Assembly (NCBI GenBank): GCA_964016885.1
Contig: OZ024742.1
Coordinates: forward strand, 340,566,001 to 340,630,000
Length of the DNA stretch: 64,000 nt
From: Eledone cirrhosa
Taxonomy: Eukaryota
Direction: 5' to 3'
How positions within the stretch are numbered: the first letter of the stretch is position 1; the number at the start of each line of letters is the position of its first letter. This document shows positions 1 to 13,921 of the stretch, piece after piece. The translations under genes and the position numbers were made by a program. The notes under the pieces were generated by a model. That model was not told where the DNA came from. It saw only the letters and a list, made by a program, of their open reading frames with translations, and searched no databases.

Positions 1-55
1 CAAAAGTTCAAAAGCAGCCACTGTAGATTTCACCACAACTTCGACTGCTACAGAC

Positions 56-1890
56 ATGCCTGTCATCCAATCCACTGAACGTGAAGGCAAAACTGAAAAG
101 CTACCATCACAACCTTCTGTGTTAGCCGCAGTATCATCTGAAAACGACATCACCACCACAACAACAACAACTCAGAGCAACAACGACAATAAAACCGACA
201 GTTTCAATGTAAACACAAATGGCGGTGGCAACATCAACAACAAACAAAACAACAACAACAACACCAATAACAACAGCAAGAACAACACCGACAACAAGAG
301 CAAGAGAGGCACCACATTTGCTGCAGCAGCAGCAAAATCAAAGCGCTTATTGAATATCGATATTAGCGATAAAGACAAACAGCTGACCCAGGCGTGGAGG
401 CTAATTAAATGGGAGAAGTCCTTGGCAAACCTGATCATCCCGGACGGGGCAATAACGGCCATGCAAAGGAGAACGATGTACTTTCGATGCATTTCGGTCC
501 AGACACGAAAAGTGGAACTTGCCAGCCAAGCAGAGGTCGAGGCTGCTTTTTGGAGTGCATCGGAAGTGACATAGAGTATAAAGCAAGAGCCAAATAGTTC
601 GGTACCATCTCGGTACTGTTCAAAACTGAGGCCCTTGCTATTAAGCACTCGGTGACCCCCTGCAGAACGGAACGCATTATCATGCACCCGTCCTACATGT
701 GTAAAAAGACAGTAAAGGCCCGCATTCCCAGCATCGCACCAGGAATGAATATATGGTGGTTGCTGGGATGCGTAATCGAGGAGGGGACAGACACTACCCT
801 CCTGGATATCAAAAGGACAGAGAGAGAAGACTGGTCCGGAATGGATTTGGAGATTCTTCTCCAAATGAAACCGGAGGACATGAACAACATGACGGATTTT
901 GCCCGCCTGCAGGACGGGACAAAAATCCAACTAATCACTGAGGTAAGAAGGCCACACTGCTTCGTCTGCGGGGAAGCAACGCATCTGCAAGCCTTCTGCC
1001 CTCAGCGCAAAAATGCAGGGCGTCGCAAATCTACTTTGTTGCCAACGCCAGTGTTAGCACGTAAAGCTGCACCACCACCACCAAAAACAACACGAACAAA
1101 GACACGGACACCAACATCAAAAACAGCCGGACCACCACCAACACTGAAACCAATTCAAGGGGAAAACGAGGAAAGCTCCCCCCCCCACCAATTATACACA
1201 TAGACAAAACGATAAACGCACACACAGGCACAGAGACACTCACAGCCACAGACCCTTTGTCTTCTAGCAGCGAAGATGAAGGAAAACCCAAAAGTGCAAA
1301 AAAACAGAGAAAACTCATCAAAAAAGCCCCAACAAAACACAAAAACATACACCACTAACGCAAACACTTTCCCAATAACATCAGCACCAACAGCAGCATC
1401 GACACCACCACCCACAATCCCTGAAACGCAAATAACCTAAACAAACACAAGTACAAATGAACACACAAATACCTGAAATTGCAGACACCATACCTACAAC
1501 AAACACAGACACACCCGAAACAACACCACCAAAACCATCACCACCACAGTCACCAAAACGAAAACAAATAAAACCACACCAACAAAATGTTAAAAACTTC
1601 GAGCTTGTCAGAAGGGCCAACGATAAACTGATGGCTCTCTTAGCACGAAGCGAGGACATTCAAACAGAGGGGAGATTTTTGAAATGAGCACATTTTGCGT
1701 GCCAGAAGATTTGCTTCTGGTCCGAATGTCACTCGATTCCTTCAAAGAAATTCGGGAGAGCTTTCCTCAAGACGGGGAAACCCCAAATGTGAAACACACA
1801 TCGAGAATTTTAAATGGGTTCCCAAAAGAAACCCCACCAACGCTGGAGGTCGAACCACCCGACCTTCACAAGACCCCGGGAGGTAAGTAA
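56..1890 (+). pseudogene. ORF1 (gag-like CCHC protein) of copy 1, disrupted
   Basis: Fragments 56-574, 652-1203, 1457-1687 and 1684-1890 are collinear with the intact ORF1 at 13922-15835 (PSYM/PTYM, NIWW, RRP-CCHC, QTEG). Confidence 0.85.
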
Positions 1891-1919
1891 ATATTCCCTC
1901 TCTCTTTTAGCTTGCCACC

Positions 1920-4900
1920 ATGGCCATATTAAGAGTAGGAAGTTTAAATGTTCGCGGCTTGGGGTCACCCTGGAAGCAGGTTCGCCTGCTCAATGACTTC
2001 AGGTCGCTGGAAATGGATGTGATTGCTGTCAGCGAGACCAGAATTTCCGACACGCGTCCACTAGCCCCCATTTTGACCACTATCTGATCTTTGCATCTGT
2101 TAGCAGGACGGGAATGAGAGGTGGGGTGGCAGTGCTCTTTAGGAAAGGACTGGATCTCGAGGTAAGGTCGATCTTCCGGGACCCGGACGGTAAGTTGGTG
2201 GTCTTGGATGTGAGCAGTAGCGAAGGTGGTGCCTTTAGACTGCTGGCCGTCTACGCTCCTACAGGGGCCGGACGACTGGACTTCTTTAGGTGCCTGGAGA
2301 CTTTTCTGGGTACGTCTCGCACTTTACTGTTAGCGGGGGACTGGAGTGGCATCTTAGACGCACGCTTGGGTTGTGTGGGAGTAGCTGATAGGAGCGGAGT
2401 TTGCAAAGGCCTCAAGCACCTACTCAGCTGTTCCAACTGTCTGACAGGTATCAACTAGATTTCCCTAATGTGCCAGTATGGACATGGACCAACCGAATGG
2501 GGTCGTCTAGATCGTATATAGACAGGATCTTCATTAGGAAAATAGATAGAAATAGTGTAGGCTGCCCACTTTTTAAAACGGTCGCCTATTCATATCACAA
2601 ATTTGTGATCTGTATGGTCGACCTAGATAAAACGCGTAGGTTGGGACCGGGTTACTGGAAGCTGAACATGTCATTTCCGGCACGCAAGGCTTACAGAGAC
2701 CAGGTCAAGAATTTAGTTAAGCAAAAGTTGACAGGGGGATCATCAACAACTGATGGTGGGGGGCTCTCAAAAGAGAGATTAGAGTAATGTCGATAGAGTT
2801 CAGCAAAGAACTAGCGTTAGAGAAAAAAACAGAAAGGAGGGGGAGCTGGTAGATCAGTTAGACGAGGCTAGTTGTAGTGACATTGCAACTGACGTGCTAG
2901 CAGCGACAATGGCATTTGACCATTTCTTCAATGCGAAACACGAAGGTTGCATTGTCAGAGCTAAGGCGCGTGCGCTGAGAAGCGAGGGAACCAAAGCTGT
3001 TCGATGGGCCCGCGTGGCGGAAGCGCAGTGTGGTAATAAAACCACAATTCGGTCTTTGGCGAACCGAGACGGACATGAGATAAGCGATTCCAAGCGGATG
3101 TGTGAGGCCTTTCGCCAGCATTTTGCTCGGTTGTTCGGGGAGAGTGCCGAATCAGAGAGAGTAGCGGATTTCAGTCCCTACCCTGACGGCTTGCCGCGCA
3201 TCTCGACGGTCGACGCTGAACGCTGCGAAAGGCCGATTACTTCAGCCGAAATTCAGGATGCCCTTGTCGGCTGCATGAGGCGCAAGTCACCCGGTTTGGA
3301 TGGCCTGCCCTACGAGCTTTACGTAAATATGCCAGACTTGTTCTCCGATCTCCTCGAAGCACTCTACTGCAACTGACAGCAGAATGGGAGTATTCCCAGT
3401 TCTGTGAGCAGGGGAGTCATGACGCTGATAAGGAAAGACGAGAACAAGAGGGATACATTAGACAACTTCAGGCCCATAACTCTGCTCAACACAGAGTTTG
3501 AGATTTTGGCCAAGGTGTTAGCAAAGAGACTGGCGCTTGTCGTCGAGGATTTGGTTGGGGAGGCACAAACTTGCGCAATCCCAGCCAGGTCCATACACGA
3601 CAATCTCCACCTCATGCGATACATCATAGAGAGGGTAGGGTGTAAACCTGGCTTCGGTGGGGCACTGATCAATTTAGATCAATCGAAAGCATTCGATAGG
3701 GTCGACCATCGGTATATGGAGTTTGTCTTCAAAGCAGCTGGCTTCGGCCCTGTCTTCAGAAGCTGGATCGCTGCAATGCACAGCGGCACACGCTCGGTGG
3801 TCAAGGTTAATGGCCACCTCTCGAAACCATTTCGGCTCTCCCGATCGGTGCGCCAAGGGTGTCCTCTCTCTTCCCTTCTGTACGTATTGACTCTCGAGCC
3901 GTTACTGCAGAAGCTGGAGCTGTTTCAGGGCATGTTGTGTCGAATACCTCAGAGATCGAGGTGGTCGGCACCTTATTGAAGGAATATGAAAGTTTGACAG
4001 GAGCCAAACTTAACCCGGAAAAGTCGGTGGGCTTGCAGCTCGGAACCTGGAGAGGCAAGTCCATGCCGTCCAACAGCGTCGTGGGCCGCTGGACGGACGG
4101 ACCGGTAAAGTTGCTAGGGGTTTAGTTCGGACCAGACCTCCAGGTGGAAAAGAATTGGGACGAGGTAACGAGCAGAGTAGCCAGTCTCATCCCAAAATGG
4201 CCTGGGAGGAAGCTATCACTGAAAGGTCGCGCGGAGGTGGCGAATGCGTACATCGCGTTCGTCATCTACTACGCCTGACCGTCGTCCCTTGCCCCCGCCG
4301 CGCCTCGTCAAGTTGGAACGGCTCCTCTTCAAATTCTTGTGAAGGGGACAAGTTCCGTTGGTGAGGCGGTCCATCTGCTGCCAGCACCCTCTACGCGGAG
4401 GGATGGGCATGCCATGGCTAATGATGCGCAGACATGCGTTTAGGCTGCGACATCTCCAGATATTCTGCCTAAACGGTGAACAGGTGTGGTCGCCGTTTAT
4501 CAGACGGACCTTTCCGCAGCTCATTTCTTTAACTGAGCTGCAGTCCTGGGTCAAGAAGAGACCGAAACTGGGTGACTGGCACCTGGAATGTTGCCAGGCA
4601 CTCACTGCCCTCTACCAAGCGGATAATACGATCAGTAGAACTTCCACTCTCGAGTTCTATAGGGGATTAGTGGTGGGCAAGTGCGATGACGCACTCGGAG
4701 GAGCTTTGGGCCTCGACGAAGTCGAACTGACCAGTCTGTACCGGAGGATTTTCGAGCCGGTGACGATGGACAATTTCCGGAAATCCCTCGCTTGGCAGTG
4801 CTACCGGGGGGGGGGGGGGGGCACTGCCGGTTCGGGATAAACTCTACAGGCACGGAAGTGCTGTCAGACGGACCTTCCCAAGATGCACAGAACGACGAAA

Positions 4901-5289
4901 CCGTTCTGCACGCACTTGTCCAATGTCCGTGCGTTACTGACTTGTGGAATTATGTCGAACAGCTACTGCCGCGTGTGGAACGAATTCGGCTATCAGCCGA
5001 GTCCAAAGTGAACATCGACCCGCCGCCTTCCTTAGGTCAGGAAGAGCAGGAAACTTTCCTCTGTCTGGTCGCAGTTGCGAAAGAGGTTATATGGTGGACC
5101 AGATTAAAAAGACTGAAGGCAGATACTTTTCTCTTCGGCCAATCCCTCATCAACTTCTTCAAGTTTCACCTGGAAAGGAATGTAAGGGTGGGGAGAGAAG
5201 TGCTGCCACCTAGTACATTTGCTGAAAGGTGGATGAATGTGGCCAGAATGGCCCGTGTGAATGGGCCTACTCTGACCATGCGCCTATAG
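1920..5289 (+). pseudogene. ORF2 (APE endonuclease-RT) of copy 1, disrupted
   Basis: GCCACCATGG start at 1920; several frameshifts and stops; the YADD segment is deleted near 3930 relative to copies 2-4; ends ARVNGPTLTMRL*. Confidence 0.9.
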
Positions 5290-5585
5290 GCTAGCTAACT
5301 TGAGGAGAGGGTGCTCTCCCTGGGTGCCCTAGAAGCGCAGGGTGGTTCAGGATTGGTGGGGTACCCGAGTCACCCCAGGGTCGTCCACCCCCTATCGGGG
5401 AATTTATTTTGTTGTATTTATGCATAGTTTATTTTAGATTATTTATATCTTCATTGTTAAATTAGTCTTGCCATTGTGCACTTCTACTCGACCTTATTGT
5501 AAACCCCCACTGTCCCTGTCTTTGTATTGTCCCCTACATGTCGGCCCTTGTGGAAAATAAATGAAATCATCATTATTATTATTGC

Positions 5586-5851
5586 TTGGCAGTTTCGGTA
5601 GAAGGTCGGACGCCATGCTTTGCAGCAAAGAGTTACGGCCCTTTATTTTATCGACCCCGTAAGGATGAAAGTTAAAGTTAACCTCGGCGGAATTTGAACT
5701 CAGACCATAAAGGGCCATAGAGTTACGGCCCTTTATGGTCTGAGTTCAAATTCCGCCGAGGTTAACTTTACCTTTCATCCTTACGGGGTCGATAAAATAA
5801 AGTACCAGTAATGTACTGGGATTATTGCTGGCCTTGTGCCTATAGTAGAAA

Positions 5852-5893
<42 letters not shown>

Positions 5894-6418
5894 GGGTGGT
5901 GCATTGGTAGTGTCGGGAGCGGGTCGGACATCATGCTAGGTGGCAGAGAGTTTCAGCCTTTTACGTTCTGAGTTCAAATCCTGCCAAGTTTAGCTGTGAC
6001 TTTCATCCTTACGGGGTCGATAAAATAAAGTACCAGTCACGCACTGGGGTCGATTTAATTGACTTTCCCCTCCTCCAAAATTGCTGGACTTGTGCCTATA
6101 TAAGAAACCATTATTATTATTATTAGGCGGTGGATTGGCAGTATCATTAGAGGGTTGGACGCCATGCTTTGACGCATAGAGTTACGTCCCTTTCCATTCT
6201 GAGTTCAAATCCCGCCGAGGTTAGTTTTGCCTTTCATCCTTACGGGGTCGATATAATAAAGTACCAGTAATGTACTGGGTAATTGCTGGCCTTGTGCCAA
6301 AAGCAGAAACAATTATTATTATTAGGGCGGTGGATTGATAGTGTTGGTAGAACGTTGGACATCATGCTTCGTGACATAGTGTTACGGCCCTTTATGTTCT
6401 GAGCTCAAATACCGCCGA
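5586..6418 (+). mobile_element. Tandem cluster of about 4 tRNA-derived SINEs separated by (ATT)n; first copy has an internal inversion
   Basis: Repeated unit GGCGGTGGATTGGCAGTATCGG...GAGTTCAAATCC (B-box like)...GCCTTTCATCCTTACGGGGTCGATAAAATAAAGTACCAG...TTGCTGGCCTTGTGCC...AGAAAC-(ATT)n at about 5586, 5893, 6125 and 6324 (partial). Confidence 0.85.
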
Positions 6419-6429
6419 CAATGTGTGGT

Positions 6430-6725
6430 GGAAAAGACTGAAATGCCATAAGACAAGAATATTCCTCTTCGGCGAAGCTCTCATCGACTTCACTTGTAAA
6501 AGATGGGTGAAGAGAGTGGTGCTCCCCACAGTAATCTTACCAGGGCCATGTACACGAGTGATGGAAGGCAGGAGGTAAATTAAGAACAAGATTTGCAGGA
6601 GCTGGTGCAGTAATTTCCCAGCTTCAGCATTCAGTAATCAGAAGGAGGAAGATAAGTGTAAAAGCTAACTCACTATCTTTAATTCGGTATTCATAGCAAC
6701 CCTTACCTATGGTCATCAATCTTAG
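6430..6725 (+). pseudogene. Decayed RTE-clade LINE RT C-terminal fragment
   Basis: Manual translation gives TSDGRQE and IFNSVFIATLTYGHQS*, resembling the RTE-type post-RT region; frameshifted. Confidence 0.55.
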
Positions 6726-7021
6726 TTGATTTGACCATCTGAGTTGATTTGACCTGAGCTGGACTGAGCTTGATTGTTCTGAATTGAACTGAACTCAACA
6801 GAACGGATCATAGCCGATTTGATCTGATAAGAGCTGAATTGTATTCATTTCAGCTGAGTTATGCTGTCATTTTCTGTCCTGATCTGAACTGATCTAATCA
6901 GGAATGTCCTGATCTGAGCTGAGCTGAAGTGATTTGAAATAACATGATATAATAGGAACTAGTGTCACCTGAAATAAACCGAGCTTAATGGGAATTTATT
7001 TCAGCTGAGTTGAGCTGAACT
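6725..7021. repeat. Degenerate pentamer array (CTGAG/CTGAA/TTGAT)
   Basis: Recurrent 5-bp periodicity, e.g. ctgagctgagctgaa, ctgatctgaactgatct. Confidence 0.6.
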
Positions 7022-7312
7022 TGTCTCTTTTATTTAACAACAGTTATGTGAAGTGAAAGGAGTAAAATGAAATAACTAAAATCCAACTCAGTATTCAGGT
7101 GGTGGAGTGTAAAAATGTAGGTATATTATATTTTGTTCAGTAATGTATTGGCTGTAAAATCAGGTGTATATATATAAAAAACACAGTTATGTAATATTAA
7201 ACAGTTATATTGCTATAGATTATGATTTATTAACAAAACACTCCAATGACCAATTTGTGTTTAGTTGCAACATACATACATAATACAGACATTATTATTC
7301 AATAGAACATGG

Positions 7313-7900
<588 letters not shown>

Positions 7901-8002
7901 TGTGTCTCTTACTTCGTCGATATTAATTCAATCACGTAGGCATTCAATTCTTCATTTCTCTCATAGCTTCTTACATATTTCTTTCTTTCTTCCCCAGTTT
8001 CT

Positions 8003-9590
8003 TTCCCTTCCCCCTCACTCTATATCTCTCTCTTATCTCCCCCTTCCCCCTCACTCTATATCTCTCTCTTATCTCCCCCTTCCCCCTCACTCTATATCTC
8101 TCTCTTATCTCCCCCTTCCCCCTCACTCTATATCTCTCTCTTATCTCCCCCTTCCCCATCACTCTATATCTCTCTCTTATCTCCCCCTTCCCCCTCACTC
8201 TATATCTCTCTCTTATCTCCCCCTTCCCCCTCACTCTATATCTCTCTCTTATCTCCCCCTTCCCCTCACTCTATATCTCTCTCTTATCTCCCCCTTCCCC
8301 CTCACTCTATATCTCTCTCTTATCTCCCCCTTCCCCTTCACTCTATATCTCTCTCTTATCTCCCCCTTCCCCATCACTCTATATCTCTCTCTTATCTCCC
8401 CCTTCCCCCTCACTCTATATCTCTCTCTTATCTCCCCCTTCCCTCTCACTCTATATCTCTCTCTTATCTCCCCCTTCCCCCTCACTCTATATCTCTCTCT
8501 TATCTCCCCCTTCCCCCTCACTCTATATCTCTCTCTTATCTCCCCCTTCCCCATCACTCTATATCTCTCTCTTATCTCCCCCTTCCCCCTCACTCTATAT
8601 CTCTCTCTTATCTCCCCCTTCCCTCTCACTCTATATCTCTCTCTTATCTCCCCCTCCCCATCACTCTATATCTCTCTCTTATCTCCCCCTTCCCCCTCAC
8701 TCTATATCTCTCTCTTATCTCCCCCTGCCCCATCACTCTATATCTCTCTCTTATCTCCCCCTTCCCCCTCACTCTATATCTCTCTCTTATCTCCCCCTTC
8801 CCCCTCACTCTATATCTCTCTCTTATCTCCCCCTTCCCCCTCACTCTATATCTCTCTCTTATCTCCCCCTTCCCTCTCACTCTATATCTCTCTCTTATCT
8901 CCCCCTGCCCCATCACTCTATATCTCTCTCTTATCTCCCCCTTCCCCATCACTCTATATCTCTCTCTTATCTTCCCCTGCCCCCTCACTCTATATCTCTC
9001 TCTTATCTCCCCCTTCCTCCTCACACTATATCTCTCTCTTATCTCCCCCCTTCCCCCTCACTCTATATCTCTCTCTTATCTCCCGCTCCCCCCCCCCCAC
9101 TATATATCTCTCTCTTATCTCCCCCTGCCCCCTCACTCTATATCCTTCTCTTATCTCCCCCTTCCTCCTCACTCTATATCTCTCTCTTATCTCCCCCCTT
9201 CCCTCACCACTCTATCCCTCTCTCTTATCTCCCCCCACCACTCTATCCCTTTCTCTTATCTCCCCCCACCATCTATCCCTCTCTCTTATCTCCCCCCTCA
9301 CTCTATCGCTCTCTCTTATCTCCCCCCACCACTCTATCCCTCTCTCTTATCTCCCCCCACCACTCTATATCTCTCTCTTATCTCCCCTTCCCCCACTCTA
9401 TATCTCACTCTTATCTCCCCCTTCCCTCTCACTCTACATCTCTCTCTTATCTCCCCCTTCCCTCTCACTCTGTATCTCTGTTTTATCTCCCCCCTTCCTC
9501 CACCTCTCTATTCCTCTCTCTTATCTCCCCCACCACTCTATCCCTGTCTCTTATCTCCCCCCTCACTCTATCCCTCTCTCTTATCTCCAC
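8003..9590. repeat. 36-bp pyrimidine-rich minisatellite (CACTCTATATCTCTCTCTTATCTCCCCCTTCCCCCT)n
   Basis: 12-aa periodicity ([12 protein letters not shown]) in the spurious ORF; units near-identical at left and degenerating to the right. Confidence 0.95.
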
Positions 9591-9719
9591 CATATTATAT
9601 ATATTCCAATACTACAATTTAATAAGGATCAACAATGTCACCTCATCCATCACTGATTTCCTTTCTTTACTAATATCCCACGCTTATGTATTTTTCATAT
9701 TATATTTTCATTGCATTCT

Positions 9720-11660
<1,941 letters not shown>

Positions 11661-12094
11661 TGTGTAAACAGGACAAGAATTAATCCTATTATAGGTTTCT
11701 CTGAGAGTTTTAGTGTGCTGAAAATGGTAGAGTAGCAATATTTAGTTATTTTATTCCTGCAGTTCTCAGTTCAAATCTGATTTTCACATTCATATATTTT
11801 TAGTTCACAATTTATGTACTCTTGGGTCCCAAATAATAGGTGTGGGGTTGGGAGGGGGTAATAACTGGTGGGGTGGGGAATCGGTAATTTTTTTCTACGT
11901 TCTCCCCGTTGATTTTTTTTAAGAACAAGAATTAGTCGTTTAGTTTACATATTGAGACCTACCCCCACCCCACCCCCCGCAATGTGTGTGTGTGTGTGTG
12001 TATGATAGCTCACACCTATGCAGGTTTAGCTGGCCTCCTCCAAGGTATATCTCGTAGGAGGTATTTTGGGTGATTTAATGATATGGACCCCAGT

Positions 12095-12240
12095 CCTATC
12101 ATCTCATTTCTACAGCTGAGTAAACTGGAGCAACGTGAAATAAAATGTCTTGCTCAAGGAAACAACACATCACCCGGTCCCAGAATTGAACTCACAACCT
12201 TTCGATTGCAAGCCCAATGCTCTAACCACTAAGCTATGCA
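12095..12240 (-). mobile_element. tRNA-derived CORE-like SINE
   Basis: Minus strand reads TAGCTTAGTGGTTAGAGC (A box)...GAGTTCAATTC (B box)...TCCTTGAGCAAGACATTTTATTTCAC...CTCAGCTGTAGAAATG. Confidence 0.7.
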
Positions 12241-12865
12241 TCCTATTTATTTGATAACGTATGGGATTTCTAGTAATGTACTTTTTTGTCATGTATAATG
12301 TTTTTTTAATGTCTAAAGAAAATTAATTGTCGCAGTAATTCTACCATTTAAAATAAGATTTCGTCGGAGAGGGGTTAACAAAAATGAATAAGCTGGTGGG
12401 ATGATTATTCGATATCCAAAAGTACCAGCTATGTAGTTAGGTTCTTTTCCTTCTAATTTCATGAATGCTGTTCAGACGCACGTCGTCTCACGGGAAGCAG
12501 GCTTATGATAGGTACCATTCCAGAAATGACAATTCCAAATTAAATTTAATTCTATATTTGCTGCATTATTTTCTACGTTATAACTTCACTTTTAAATATA
12601 TTAGCATGAACAACATAACAACAATAACAACAACAGTAACATCAATACGTATATATACACGTACTCACACATACATAAATACACACATCCATCATTACAT
12701 ATATATATATACACGAACCGACACACACACACATATATATATATGTGTGTGCGTGTGTGTGTGTGTGTGTGTGAATGTATATATATGTGTGTTTGTGTGT
12801 ATATAGTGTCAAACGAATAAGACTTTGTCTTTTAGATTGAACTCTTTTATATATGTATATATGTA

Positions 12866-12921
<56 letters not shown>

Positions 12922-12949
12922 AATATATATATATGGGTGGGGGGAATGA

Positions 12950-13240
12950 GTATCTTAGTATTTGCTGGTATACGATGATCGTGAGGTCGTAAGTTCGATT
13001 CCCAGCGGCGCATGATATCCTTGAACATGACACTTTATTTCACGTTTCACCTGATCAACCAGCCTGCAAAAATGAATTATACCTGCAATTCAAAAGGCCA
13101 GTCTTTTCCTGATAACTAGTTACATTAGAGGTACGCATATCTGCAGAATGCTCAGCCACTTGCATGTTGATATCATTAGTAGTCTGTTCCGTTGATCTAT
13201 CAACTGGAACGCTCATCATCGTAACTGACGGAGTGCCAGT
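12950..13240 (+). mobile_element. tRNA-derived CORE-like SINE, degenerate
   Basis: GTTCGATTCCC B box followed by TCCTTGAACATGACACTTTATTTCACG, homologous to the 12095-12240 copy. Confidence 0.6.
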
Positions 13241-13442
13241 TTATGTGTATGTATGGACGGACAGATATATATATAGCCAGATGCAATTGTAGCGAGGTCA
13301 TTGACCTCTCATAACATCTATAGGTTAGCCTGACCAACATTTTAGCTCCATTTATGTATTATTAGACACATTAATAACTGTAATATATTTCTGATTCAGG
13401 TTTTAATTTCTTTCTATTACATTTCTTAGTTAATTTCTAAAG

Positions 13443-13532
<90 letters not shown>

Positions 13533-13558
13533 GTCTGTCTATCTATCTATCTCTCTAT
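13443..13558. repeat. (CTAT)n microsatellite, apparent Tx1 target
   Basis: About 28 tetramers, immediately upstream of two stacked Tx1 insertions. Confidence 0.95.
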
Positions 13559-13688
13559 TTTTTGTTATATCTTATTTTATTTTTATATTTTGTTATTGCC
13601 TCCTCCTTATTGAGGACGCCTTTTTGTGTAAACTCCCCCCTTTGTACTTGTCTCACTTTTGATGCCCTAGTGGCAAATAAAAGAAACA
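13559..13688 (+). mobile_element. Extremely 5'-truncated Tx1 3'UTR fragment with 15-bp TSD
   Basis: Family 3' motif TGTAAACTCCCCCC...TGCCCTAGTGGCAAATAAAAGAAA; flanked by TATCTATCTCTCTAT at 13544-13558 and 13689-13703. Confidence 0.8.
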
Positions 13689-13921
13689 TATCTATCTCTC
13701 TATCAGACGTGTGTAACTTCGCGGAGAAGTTTCCGTTAATTTATGTAAGAAAAAAACGTGAGTTTTTAGTTAAATTTTATATCATTGTGTAACTTGATCC
13801 CCCGTCTGATAGTTCAGGTGGTGGGTCAACTCATTTTCCCCCCTACAGGGGCGGAATATCCATTTGAAAATTTTTTCTCCATCGAATCTTTCAAAAAATA
13901 TTGTAAAATTTTGATTACGTT

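Larger units (their letters stand above)
1..5566 (+). mobile_element. Tx1/L1-type non-LTR retrotransposon copy 1 (divergent subfamily, decayed; 5' end may lie outside window)
   Basis: ORF1 pieces with CCHC knuckle (CFVCGEATHLQAFC); ORF2 pieces with APE motifs (VYAP, AGDW), RT motifs (KSPGLDG, NFRPITLLN, RQGCPLS) and C-terminal ETVLHALVQC. 3'UTR ends GTGGAAAATAAATGAAA followed by TCATCATTATTATT. Confidence 0.92.

Noticed and set aside
1883-1910. Micro-intron fusing ORF1 and ORF2
   Set aside because: Removing the 28-nt (copy 1) or 32-nt (copy 2) segment leaves the ORF2 ATG out of frame.
5586-6418. CRISPR-like repeat-spacer array
   Set aside because: Units are ~200-bp SINEs in eukaryotic DNA with no unique spacers and no cas genes.
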